50,060 nt of DNA from Chloroflexota bacterium (GCA_039714215.1 JBDLJU010000003.1:1-50060), one strand, 5' to 3'. Positions 10,435 to 19,426 are shown, counted from the stretch's first letter. Notes: generated by a model from the sequence alone, not told the origin. Translations and numbers: made by a program.

Positions 10435-11556
10435 CTACGTGATCTCGCTCTCGAATATTTGTTTCCAATTTACATCTTTAACTTTTTTATCATCAAAACC
10501 TAACATGCTTAAATTATTATGCACCGCAAAGTGAAAAGCAAATATTTCTCCGGGTATACAATACAGAATCGGCGATAACAACTCATCGGCTTTCCCAAAA
10601 ACTGGCGCAACCACATCTACCAGGTCTGCTGTTTCTTTATCATCTGGATCACAGACAGCAATACTCGTTGATTCCATTTGGTTTATGGCATAGATCTGCT
10701 CGCGTGCTCGATCAACACTTGCTCCTGGGGGTGTGATTACAAAAGTAAGTGTGTTTTTACTTGTGAAGAAAAATTGCTCGTGCGCCCATTCTTCTAATTC
10801 CTGGCCAACTGCGTTAGTCCGAGTAGATTCAATCACTTTAGCCATAGAAAAGAAAGCTGTTCCATAATTTGGTCCAGCCCCAAGGAAAACTGCCTGGTTG
10901 CTTAATTTTGATTTCTTGGCCAATTCTTCCATGATTGGCAAATTTGCATTTATCGTCTTCTCCATTGGACCTGCCAGAGATGAAATCTCGTTTAATTTTT
11001 CGTCAACCTGAGCTGTATTTAGCTTTCCGGATAGTTCAGCCAAGAGAATAGCCAAGCAGTACTGCACAATCATTGATGCCATGTAGCTGCTGGTTCCAGG
11101 GGCAAATTTTCTTTCAGAATAGGCAAGGTCAATTACATAATCTACTTCTTTAGATAAGCCGGTCTCTAAATTGCCTGTGGCACCCACCGTAATCAGGCCA
11201 TGTTTATTCGCTCTTACAGCACTTTCGATTGTGCGGGAGACTCGACCAGAATTTGACACCATTAACGCCAAACTGTTTTTAGGGGCGTAATTAACCAAAT
11301 AACGCGAGAATTCTAAAGCCTGTACAGCTTCTGTTGGGATACCTGCCCATTCTTCAAAAGCAAACCGTGTAGCCATCCCACAGTACCAGGAATCCCCACA
11401 ACCAACAAGATACACTTTTTCTGGTGCTGAATTCAATTTAATTTCTTTCTTAATTTCATCATATATCGCCCGCGGGCTGTCTTTTACAAATTTCACCTGG
11501 GCTTTGATACCATCCAACATGTTTTGCCATTTCAAATCTATGTTTTTATAATCCAT
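10435..11556 (-). CDS. Double SIS-domain phosphosugar isomerase/deglycase (GlmS C-terminal/FrlB/AgaS-like)
   Basis: LVGCGDS, VSNSGR, PGTSSY, FLGAGPNYGTA, ELEEWAH motifs. Confidence 0.88.
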   Translation of the reverse strand: MDYKNIDLKWQNMLDGIKAQVKFVKDSPRAIYDEIKKEIKLNSAPEKVYLVGCGDSWYCGMATRFAFEEWAGIPTEAVQALEFSRYLVNYAPKNSLALMVSNSGRVSRTIESAVRANKHGLITVGATGNLETGLSKEVDYVIDLAYSERKFAPGTSSYMASMIVQYCLAILLAELSGKLNTAQVDEKLNEISSLAGPMEKTINANLPIMEELAKKSKLSNQAVFLGAGPNYGTAFFSMAKVIESTRTNAVGQELEEWAHEQFFFTSKNTLTFVITPPGASVDRAREQIYAINQMESTSIAVCDPDDKETADLVDVVAPVFGKADELLSPILYCIPGEIFAFHFAVHNNLSMLGFDDKKVKDVNWKQIFESEIT

Positions 11557-11579
11557 TGCTTAAATCCTCTATTCTAGTT

Positions 11580-12509
11580 TTAAAGCTCTGTAATTCTGGT
11601 GTTAACATATTCGAGGCGTTCATCTTTATCAGCAAAGTTTGATTTCAAGGGGGAGAATGCACCCACCTGCTCTACAACAAAAGATGCCGAGACCGTTCCG
11701 AATGCAGCTGACAGCACTGGATCTTTAGTTTCCAAGAAACAACTCATGAATCCCCCACAAAACGAATCACCTGCTCCAGTAGGTTCTACTGTCTCGCCAG
11801 GGAAGATTGGAACATCAAAAAATTTATCCAGCTGTTTTTGATATACCAGAGATCCTTCAATACTTTTCTTTATCACAACAATTTTTGGGCCGGCATCCGC
11901 AAATGCCCTCGCCGCTTCTTTGAGGTTACTTGATCCAAACATCTTAATCACTTCTTCTTTACTTGGCAGAAAAACATCAACAAATCTAAGCATTTCAAAG
12001 GCCAACCGGTTAAATTCTTCCTGTTCCAAATAATCCACATGAGGATCCCAGGAAACAACCGTTTTGCTCCCTTTATATTCTTGAATTGTTTTCAAAACAG
12101 AATTTTGAACATCTGTTGGCATGGGGGCGAGATGAACACCATCAGTTTTCAGATTGTTTTCCACCAATTCACTGCCAGTTATTGACATTTGATGGTGCGA
12201 TCCTGATGACAGGTGATTAATAAATTGACGAGACCCACCCGGCTCATAGAGCATCCAATTCCTGATATCATTGTTCTGGACACGAACCAAATCTGACTTG
12301 ATCCCAAATTTACCTAATCGTTCAATGCTTGATTGTGGAAAATTTTTCCCTATGCGGGCGTGAATTGTGGGTTCACTACCCCAAACACGCGCTCCTACAG
12401 CCGAATAAAGCGCATTTCCCCCAATCGAATCCAGGTACATTTTTTGTTGATCATAGAGAATTATGTCGTCGATTGCCAGATTCCCAATAGCAGTAATTTT
12501 CTTAACCAT
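11580..12509 (-). CDS. PfkB/ribokinase-family carbohydrate kinase
   Basis: GGNALYSA, WDPH, FLPSKEE, EPTGAGDSFCGGF signature. Confidence 0.92.
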   Translation of the reverse strand: MVKKITAIGNLAIDDIILYDQQKMYLDSIGGNALYSAVGARVWGSEPTIHARIGKNFPQSSIERLGKFGIKSDLVRVQNNDIRNWMLYEPGGSRQFINHLSSGSHHQMSITGSELVENNLKTDGVHLAPMPTDVQNSVLKTIQEYKGSKTVVSWDPHVDYLEQEEFNRLAFEMLRFVDVFLPSKEEVIKMFGSSNLKEAARAFADAGPKIVVIKKSIEGSLVYQKQLDKFFDVPIFPGETVEPTGAGDSFCGGFMSCFLETKDPVLSAAFGTVSASFVVEQVGAFSPLKSNFADKDERLEYVNTRITEL

Positions 12510-12814
12510 TTCTATTCCGTAATCCTGAAGTTAACTAATCCTGAAAGAACTGAGCCAAATTTCCAAACTTTAACGTGTTCCTAATAACCTGGAAACCAGG
12601 AAAAGGATAAACATATTAAACCCTTTCTCTCTCATTCTTGCAACCTGCAGAATCAATAGATCCCTGACTGCGCATAAGGAGTTGGATATCTAAGAGAAAT
12701 TTGGTTAAAACACTCACAGCACATCCGGCAGAAATGAGCATAAAACCCGGAAAATTTAACCAGGCTTTGATTTGACTTAGAACCTTACAGATTTTCTATA
12801 AGCACTTAGATTAC

Positions 12815-12843
12815 AAAAAGAGCCGGTCTTGCGACCGGCCCTC
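12815..12843 (-). terminator. Intrinsic terminator of leuS
   Basis: GCCGGTC-ttgc-GACCGGC hairpin with a minus-strand U-tract, about 30 nt past the leuS stop. Confidence 0.8.
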
Positions 12844-12872
12844 AATACATTCTATCTGCTTTCTGCAACCTG

Positions 12873-15326
12873 CTAAATTACAATATTCACCAACCGCCCC
12901 TGCACCACAATCACCTTGCGGGGTTCCTTGCCATCCATGAACTTCTGGACTGTCTCAGAAGCCAGCGCTTTTGCTTTGGCGTCTTCGTCGCTGGTGCCCA
13001 CCGGCACGGTGATCTTGTCGCGCAGCTTGCCATTGATCTGCACCACCAGGGTGATCTCGTCTACCTCGGTGGCAGATTTATCCAGCTCTGGCCAGGACTG
13101 CTGGTGAATCGAGTATGGTTTGCCCAACCGCTCCCAGAGCTCTTCGGCAATATGCGGCGTGATCGGCGCCATCATCCGAATGTAAATATCTGTGGCTTCA
13201 TCCCAGGCCGGGGAGCCAACTGCGCCTTTTTCCCGCGCTTTGTACATCTCGTTCATCAGCTCCATCAGAGAAGCAACAATCGTGTTGAACTCAAAGCTCT
13301 TGTAGTCAGCGGTGACACTCTCCAACGTCTGATGCAGCTTGCGGCGTAAAGCTTTAACCACATCCTCGCTCGGTTGTCCGGCGGATTCAATCGGGTCTGC
13401 AAATGCGGTCCACACCCGGCGCAGCCAGCGGGCGGTGCCTTCAATCCCCTGGCTGTCCCACGGACCGCCCAACGTCCAACGGGTAAAGAACATCAGGTAA
13501 GCGCGCACCACATCAGCGCCATACTTCTCCACCAGGTCATCTGGAGCAGCTACATTTCCGCGAGATTTAGACATTTTCTCCGAATCCTCGCCCAGCACAA
13601 TTCCCTGGTTGCGCAGCGCCGTCATCGGCTCGCGGCCTTCAGTGATCCCCATATCTCGCAGGGCCTTGTGGAAGAAGCGGGTGTAGACCAGGTGCATGTT
13701 GGCATGCTCAATCCCACCGGTATAGGTATCCACCGGCATCCAGTAATCATATTCCTTTTGATCGAAGGGACCCTCATCATAATTCGGGCTGAGGTAACGC
13801 AGGTGGTACCACGAGGAGCACATAAAGGTGTCCATTGTATCGGTCTCACGGGTGGCTGCCTCTCCGCACTCCGGGCAAGTTGTATCCTTCCAGGTGGGGT
13901 GCAGCTTCAGCGGGCTTTCCCCCGTTGGCTTCCATTCCACGTCATCGGGCAGCAGCACCGGCAGCTGGTCATCGGGGACAGGCTGCACGCCGCACTTTTC
14001 GCAGTAGACCATCGGGATCGGCGCGCCCCAATAGCGCTGGCGGGAAATCAACCAATCGCGCAGCCGGTAATTGACCGAGGCCTTACCAAATCCCTTCTCA
14101 TCCACATACTTGATCGCGGTTAGGATGGTTTCATCAGCAGGAGTGCCAGTCAGCTCTGCCGAATTGACCATCGTCCCATATGCCGGGACGGCTGCTTCCA
14201 TTGTCGCGCCGTCCAGCGGCTCAACCTCATCCGGCTGGATCACCACCCGCACTTCCAGGTCATACTTACGAGCAAACTCGAAGTCGCGCTGGTCATGGGC
14301 TGGGACTGCCATGATCGCGCCTGTGCCGTAGCTCAACAGCACATAATCGGCAATCCAGATCGGAATACGTTCCTCGTTGACCGGGTTGATCGCATACGCG
14401 CCGGTGAATACCCCGGTTTTCTCATTGTCGGCGGACTCGCGCTCAATATCCGTCTGGCGTTCTGCCTGATGGACATACGCATCAACTTCCTTCTTCTGCT
14501 CGGCTGTAGTGATCTTTGCTACCAGCGGATGCTCAGGGGCCAGCACCATGAAAGTCGCTCCCCACAGCGTATCCGCCCGGGTAGTGAACACTTCCATCGG
14601 GTCACCGTCCTCTGTCTTGAAGATCACGCTGGCGCCCTCAGAGCGTCCCATCCAATTGGTCTGCAAAGTGCGCACCCGCTCCGGCCAATCGATGCCTTCA
14701 AAACTGAGCAGATCTTCGACGTAGTTGGTGGTCTTGAAGAACCACTGCTCGAGCTGTTTCTTGATCACCGGGGTCTCGCAGCGCTCGCACAGGCGATCCT
14801 CCCCCCAGACCTGCTCACGCGCCAGGGTGGTATTACAGTTCGGGCACCAATCCACCGCCGAATCTTTTCGGTAAGCCAGGTCATGCTCAAACAGCTTGAT
14901 GAAAAACCACTGGGTCCAGCGATAGTATTCAGGGTCAGCGGAAACTGCCTCGCGGCGCCAATCAAACATTGCACCCATGCTGCGCAGCTGACCGCGCATC
15001 CGCTCGATATTGGCATAGGTCCACTCTTTGGGGTGAATATTGCGTTTGATCGCTGCATTTTCTGCCGGCAGACCAAAGGCATCAAAGCCGATCGGGAACA
15101 TCACGTTGTAGCCCTGCATCCGCATGAAGCGTGCTCTGGCATCCGAGGGCGTCATCGCAAACCAGTGACCCATGTGCAGATCTCCAGAGGGGTAGGGCAG
15201 CATTGTCAGGGCATAATACTTCTCCCTTGCCGGGTCAATGTCTGCATTGTAGATCCCATCCTCGTCCCATTTTTTCTGCCATTTTGGTTCAATCTCGTTT
15301 GGGTTGTATCTCTCTCGCTCTTCCAT
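12873..15326 (-). CDS. leuS: Leucine--tRNA ligase
   Basis: PYPSGDLHMGH, GFDAFGLPAENAA, RDWLISRQRYWG, KMSKS; 817 aa; upstream Leu T-box. Confidence 0.99.
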   Translation of the reverse strand: MEERERYNPNEIEPKWQKKWDEDGIYNADIDPAREKYYALTMLPYPSGDLHMGHWFAMTPSDARARFMRMQGYNVMFPIGFDAFGLPAENAAIKRNIHPKEWTYANIERMRGQLRSMGAMFDWRREAVSADPEYYRWTQWFFIKLFEHDLAYRKDSAVDWCPNCNTTLAREQVWGEDRLCERCETPVIKKQLEQWFFKTTNYVEDLLSFEGIDWPERVRTLQTNWMGRSEGASVIFKTEDGDPMEVFTTRADTLWGATFMVLAPEHPLVAKITTAEQKKEVDAYVHQAERQTDIERESADNEKTGVFTGAYAINPVNEERIPIWIADYVLLSYGTGAIMAVPAHDQRDFEFARKYDLEVRVVIQPDEVEPLDGATMEAAVPAYGTMVNSAELTGTPADETILTAIKYVDEKGFGKASVNYRLRDWLISRQRYWGAPIPMVYCEKCGVQPVPDDQLPVLLPDDVEWKPTGESPLKLHPTWKDTTCPECGEAATRETDTMDTFMCSSWYHLRYLSPNYDEGPFDQKEYDYWMPVDTYTGGIEHANMHLVYTRFFHKALRDMGITEGREPMTALRNQGIVLGEDSEKMSKSRGNVAAPDDLVEKYGADVVRAYLMFFTRWTLGGPWDSQGIEGTARWLRRVWTAFADPIESAGQPSEDVVKALRRKLHQTLESVTADYKSFEFNTIVASLMELMNEMYKAREKGAVGSPAWDEATDIYIRMMAPITPHIAEELWERLGKPYSIHQQSWPELDKSATEVDEITLVVQINGKLRDKITVPVGTSDEDAKAKALASETVQKFMDGKEPRKVIVVQGRLVNIVI

Positions 15327-15348
15327 TAATTATCGTCCTTTATTAATT

Positions 15349-15383
15349 CAGTCGTCAGTAGGCAGCAGGTAGTTGTCAGTAGT
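15349..15383. repeat. Degenerate 7-nt tandem array (CAGTAGK x5)
   Basis: cagtcgt cagtagg cagcagg tagttgt cagtagt. Confidence 0.7.
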
Positions 15384-15389
15384 CAACAT

Positions 15390-15554
15390 TCATCCTGCAA
15401 TGTTTGAAGGAATTGAAACAGCACAACGGTGCATTTGGTTGGTCAAACCATAATTCTCTTCATTCGGAAATGAACTGGTAACTTTATAAATCAGCTCAAC
15501 CACTTCCAATGCCTTCTTCCAAACTATCAAATCCCGATAGCTTCAAGCAGCCAT
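15390..15554 (-). pseudogene. Four-helix-bundle protein (23S rRNA-IVP family) pseudogene
   Basis: RBS AAGGAGG then MAA*SYRDLIVWKKALEVVELIYKVTSSFPNEENYGLTNQMHRCAVSIPSNIAG*. This matches the family N-terminus (SYRDL.VW.K..FP..E.YGLT.Q.RR.AVSIPSNIAEG). TGA at codon 4 and a stop at codon 55. Confidence 0.88.
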
Positions 15555-15566
15555 TTATTTTCCTCC

Positions 15567-15615
15567 TTACCGTCCACTACCTACTACCTTCTCTCTACTA
15601 CCCTCTGCCTACTGT
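15567..15615. repeat. Degenerate 7-nt tandem array (CTACTRC x7), inverted relative to 15349-15383
   Basis: ttaccgt ccactac ctactac cttctct ctactac cctctgc ctactgt. Confidence 0.7.
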
Positions 15616-15619
15616 ATTT

Positions 15620-15895
15620 AAACAAAAAACCCTCCGTCTCAGGGACGAAAGGATATTCGCGGTACCACCCTGGTTGCTGTAAGAAATTGTTAGATCTTCA
15701 GCCACTCAGCAGCTGTAACGGGCATTCCCGTCTCAGGTTACTTGCCCCCCTGGCGTTCACCATCGAAATCAGCTCCATATAGCCTGGAGCTGGCAAGCGA
15801 GTTCAGCCTATTCTGAGGCGCTCTGTGTGCGCCATGCCGGGCTTGCACCAGGTATTCCCGACTCGCTGACAGATGGCTTACTACTCCTACCGACT
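15620..15895 (-). promoter_or_regulatory. T-box riboswitch leader (Leu, specifier CUC)
   Basis: Minus strand: AGTA-AGCC...CAGCGAG...GGTGCAA...GGCT-GAA-CTC (specifier 15799-15801), T-box AACCAGGGTGGTACCGCG...TTCGTCCC, terminator CCTTTCGTC-cctga-GACGGAGGG-TTTTTT. The 5' end is approximate. Confidence 0.93.
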
Positions 15896-15948
15896 TATTA
15901 TTTGAATGTAAAGTGCAGTGCTTCCATATTAAAACTTCTCAAGAAAGG

Positions 15949-16021
15949 TGGACCCAGTGGGATTCGAACCCACGACCTCCTCAATGCCATTGAGGCGCGC
16001 TCCCAACTGCGCCATGGGCCC
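15949..16021 (-). tRNA. tRNA-Ala(GGC)
   Basis: GGGCCCA..AGTTGGGAG..CCTCA-AT-GGC-AT-TGAGG..GGTTCGAATCC..TGGGTCCA; G3:U70; complete CCA not encoded. Confidence 0.97.
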
Positions 16022-16068
16022 ATATTTATTTATGATGTGCCAGCCCACACCTGTGGGAAAATCAGCAG

Positions 16069-16141
16069 TGGACCTGGCGGGATTCGAACCCGCGACCTCA
16101 TCAGTGCGATTGATGCGCGCTCCCAACTGCGCTACAGGCCC
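16069..16141 (-). tRNA. tRNA-Ala(CGC)
   Basis: GGGCCTG..CATCA-AT-CGC-AC-TGATG..GGTTCGAATCC..CAGGTCCA; G3:U70; CCA not encoded. Confidence 0.97.
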
Positions 16142-16159
16142 GAATCTCAGCAGTGAGAA

Positions 16160-16188
16160 ATTGTACCTGAGGCATTTGCGGATGTCAA
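16160..16188 (-). promoter_or_regulatory. Near-consensus sigma70 promoter of the tRNA-Ala pair
   Basis: TTGACA (16188-16183)-17 bp-TACAAT (16165-16160). Confidence 0.85.
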
Positions 16189-16428
16189 GCAATTTAGCCA
16201 ACAGCTATCAGGGTCCGAATTATGCTATAATGAAACTCAGAAGCGTACCTATTTACAACAAAATATTCCAACCAACTAAGACGTCGCACCACCCTAGCTA
16301 TCGTCCCCAGCCGCACAGCGGCCCGCAGCGAAGCGATTAAGATTTGTTGTATGGAACGAGGTTTTTATGTTTAACCTTGTGATATTTAATAGGCGCTATT
16401 ATCGTACTTATAGCAAGGAGTTAAGGAA

Positions 16429-17760
16429 ATGCGCAATCAGAAAGAAAGTGGGCAAGTAATCGTTCTTCTGGTAGTGGGGATCATTTCATTATTGGGGTTT
16501 TCAGCATTAGCAATTGATGGTGCCCGGCTGTTCTCCGAAAAAAGAAACTTGCAGGGTGTCTCCGACACCGCGGCCTTCACTGCAGCGACCTATGTAGGTC
16601 AATATGAACCCTATCAAATTTTCACCAACTGGTATTCTGGCAGTAGAATTGAGCCGCATGCTGAGCAGGCCGCCTTAGAAATAATTCGTCAAAATGGGTA
16701 TACCGATCAAATTTACAATCCTTTCGGCGGCAATGACCGGCTCAGGATCACCATCGACCCGATTACCTCGGGCACCGAATTCACTCCCTACATCGTCAAG
16801 GTGACCCTGATTTCCGAAGTAGACCCAATTTTTGCCCAACTGGTCTACCATGGCGAGATTTTAGCAAATGCATACACTGAAGCAATTGTCTGGCCGAAGA
16901 TGAATGCGGCCTATGGCCGTGCGATTTTCTCGACCGCCACCAGCGGTGACAAAAGGATCGAATTCATCGGCAATGCCACCCTCAACGTAACCGGTTCTGG
17001 TATTTTTGCTAACTCGAATGGCAGCTCTGCGATTTATGCTTCAGGCAGCGTAAATGTTGACATCCAGGGTGCGGTTACTTCTGCCGGAGGAATCTATAAT
17101 AACAATAACATCATGATCGCCCAGAGTTTTCAGAGCAATGCCCAGACCCTCCCCCTGATGCCTGTCCCTACCCCTGAAAAATGCAGCTCGATGGCTACTT
17201 CGGTCGAAACTTTTGACGCGATCAGCGGGATCACCTGGCACACAGCAGGAAGGTACACCAGCGCATCTACGACCGTGATCAGCAGCGGGCACCACGTCTT
17301 TGAATCAGGCTGGTACTGCTTTGACGAACAGCTCCATATCTCAGGAGGGATCGTCGAGTCGGAACCGGAAGGTGTCATGTTTTATTTCCCAGACAGCGGC
17401 AATGGTTTTTCCGCTTCAGGTGGCACCATCGACCTTAGAGCCGCTCAAAATGGACAGGCGGATGACAGCGCAGGAAACAATTGGGACGGGATGTTAGTCT
17501 ATATCGACCCGACCAATGTTGGCGTGTTTTCAGTGCAGGGGGGAACAGGGTCACACCTGGAAGGCACCATTTATGCCCCTGGTCCTGCCTCAAACGATAC
17601 TGACCCGAAATGCTCACTGTCGGGCAGTGGAACGACGGACGCATACAATGTTCAATTGGTCTGCTATTCATTATCAATTTCCGGAAACGCGGGTCTCAAC
17701 CTGTTCTATGACGACACCAAGGTCTACGAAGCTCCGGTCACCATCAATTTAGAGGAGTAA
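16429..17760 (+). CDS. TadE/TadG-like Flp-pilus minor pilin or putative tip adhesin, paralogue 1
   Basis: Prepilin-like N-terminus ESG|QVIVLLVVGIISLLGFSALAIDG..LQGVSDTAA; Gly/Ser/Asn-rich beta-type C-terminal region with GTIYAP; RBS AAGGAG. Confidence 0.82.
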   Translation: MRNQKESGQVIVLLVVGIISLLGFSALAIDGARLFSEKRNLQGVSDTAAFTAATYVGQYEPYQIFTNWYSGSRIEPHAEQAALEIIRQNGYTDQIYNPFGGNDRLRITIDPITSGTEFTPYIVKVTLISEVDPIFAQLVYHGEILANAYTEAIVWPKMNAAYGRAIFSTATSGDKRIEFIGNATLNVTGSGIFANSNGSSAIYASGSVNVDIQGAVTSAGGIYNNNNIMIAQSFQSNAQTLPLMPVPTPEKCSSMATSVETFDAISGITWHTAGRYTSASTTVISSGHHVFESGWYCFDEQLHISGGIVESEPEGVMFYFPDSGNGFSASGGTIDLRAAQNGQADDSAGNNWDGMLVYIDPTNVGVFSVQGGTGSHLEGTIYAPGPASNDTDPKCSLSGSGTTDAYNVQLVCYSLSISGNAGLNLFYDDTKVYEAPVTINLEE

Positions 17761-17808
17761 TTGAACCGAAAGAATTTTTTAAATTAGAACGAACGAAGTT
17801 CGGTCAAG

Positions 17809-17840
17809 AAAACAGAGAGTCTAAAGCTCTCTGTTTTTTT
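17809..17840 (+). terminator. Intrinsic terminator
   Basis: AAAACAGAGAG-tctaaag-CTCTCTGTTTT plus T-tract. Confidence 0.8.
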
Positions 17841-17988
17841 ATATTTCACCAATTCCCTTCCGACTTGGAGATAGTCAAAGGATGCTCCATGCAGAAATTT
17901 CCTAAAACAAGTTTGTAACTTTTTTCTATTTTTACCGTCTATGAATATACGCTTCTCAAATAACTTGGGTTCGAAGGGAAACCATTTA

Positions 17989-19311
17989 ATGAGAAAACGA
18001 AATGAAAGCGGGCAAGTGATTGTCCTGATGGTAGTGGGAATAATCTCATTACTGGGATTTTCTGCATTGGCAATTGATGGCGCCAGACTGTTTTCCGAAC
18101 AAAGAACACTGCAGGGAGTCTCCGACACCGCCGCCTTCACAGCCGCGGCTTATGTCGGTGAATATGACCCCTATGTAATTTACACAAATTGGTACACAGG
18201 CCTCAGAATTGAACCTCATGCAGAGCAAGCAGCCTTAGATAGAATTCGTTCAAACGGGTACACCGACCAACAATATAATCCTTTTGGCGGTAATGACTTA
18301 CTAAGGATTACGATTGATCCGGTTACCACAGGCACTGAATTCACTTCCTACATCGTCAAAATCACCCTGATATCCGAGGTAGAACCAATTTTTGCCCAGC
18401 TGATCTACCATGAGCCTATTATGGCAAATGCGTATACGGAAGCAGTCATCTGGCCAAAGATGAACGCCGCCTATGGCAGAGCAATTTTCGCAACAGCCAC
18501 GGGCGGTGGTCGTAGAATTGAATTCATTGGCAATGCCACGATCAACGTAGATGGTTCCGGGATATTTTCCAACTCTTCTGATGGCGGCTCGGTCTATGCT
18601 TCAGGCAGCTCCGCAGCTGATATTGAAGGCGCCGTTACCACCGTTGGTGGCGTTTATAATGAGGGGAATCTTACCTCAGGCGGGGTCGTCCAGGGCGCAC
18701 AAACGCTCCCTCTCTTGCCCGTGCCCACACCTGAACGATGCAGCTCTCTCCCAACCTCGGTTGTGAGCTACGATGCGATCAACGGGATATACTGGCACTC
18801 AGCTGGCAGGATCACCAGCCTTGATGTGATCAACAGCGACCACCACATTTTTGAATCCGGTTGGTACTGCGTCCACACTGATTTCAAAGTAACTGGCGGG
18901 ATTGTCGAATCTGAACCAGGCGGCTTGATGTTGTATTTCCCGGATAATAACACCAGCTTCCTCGTCAATGGTGGAGTCGTCGACCTGAGCGCTGCCCAAA
19001 ACGGCGAAGCAGACGACTCAGAGGAGAATATCTGGGATGGCATGTTAGTCTATATTGATCCCTCCAATATCGGAATATTTTCAATGGCAGGCAATGCTGG
19101 TTCGCACCTTGAAGGCACGATTTATGCCCCTGGCCCTCCTCAAAATGATGAAAGCCCAAAGTGCATCCTGGCTGGCAGCGGGATGGCCGACGCCTACAAC
19201 GTACAGTTCATCTGCTATTCAATTTCACTATCTGGAAACTCAGGTTTAAATTTGGTCTACGACAGCAGCAAAGTTTACGAATCCCCGGTAATGGTTAATT
19301 TGGAAGAGTAA
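17989..19311 (+). CDS. TadE/TadG-like Flp-pilus minor pilin or putative tip adhesin, paralogue 2
   Basis: Colinear with 16429-17760; start set at MRKRNESGQ by alignment. Confidence 0.82.
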   Translation: MRKRNESGQVIVLMVVGIISLLGFSALAIDGARLFSEQRTLQGVSDTAAFTAAAYVGEYDPYVIYTNWYTGLRIEPHAEQAALDRIRSNGYTDQQYNPFGGNDLLRITIDPVTTGTEFTSYIVKITLISEVEPIFAQLIYHEPIMANAYTEAVIWPKMNAAYGRAIFATATGGGRRIEFIGNATINVDGSGIFSNSSDGGSVYASGSSAADIEGAVTTVGGVYNEGNLTSGGVVQGAQTLPLLPVPTPERCSSLPTSVVSYDAINGIYWHSAGRITSLDVINSDHHIFESGWYCVHTDFKVTGGIVESEPGGLMLYFPDNNTSFLVNGGVVDLSAAQNGEADDSEENIWDGMLVYIDPSNIGIFSMAGNAGSHLEGTIYAPGPPQNDESPKCILAGSGMADAYNVQFICYSISLSGNSGLNLVYDSSKVYESPVMVNLEE

Positions 19312-19390
19312 TTGCCTGAAATTCAGTGAACCAGAGTGTTTTTAAGAAGTTTAACCAATATTACTAAATCAGACTTCGTTCGATCAACAT

Positions 19391-19426
19391 AATCAACTGG
19401 GAGCCTACTCCCAGTTGATTTTTTTT
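19391..19426 (+). terminator. Intrinsic terminator
   Basis: AATCAACTGGGAG-cta-CTCCCAGTTGATT-type hairpin followed by a T-tract. Confidence 0.85.

Noticed and set aside
10232-10468. 78-aa ORF between the SIS and btpA genes
   Set aside because: Overlaps both neighbours and has no recognisable family. A TTG start after AGGA is possible but unsupported.
14295-15329. 344-aa + strand ORF, and similar long antisense ORFs at 13374, 5586, 27815 and 39122
   Set aside because: Antisense to leuS, the response regulator, EF-G and recF; no recognisable motifs.
15543-15545. TGA at codon 4 of the four-helix-bundle gene read as selenocysteine
   Set aside because: Not a Cys-conserved position, and the gene is also truncated at codon 55; pseudogenisation is simpler.
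15827-16340. ORFs overlapping the tRNA genes
   Set aside because: Artefacts of translating tRNA and T-box sequence.
16240-16420. Possible c-di-GMP riboswitch upstream of the TadG-like genes
   Set aside because: No GGCAAAC/GNRA-receptor (class I) or class II consensus found by eye.
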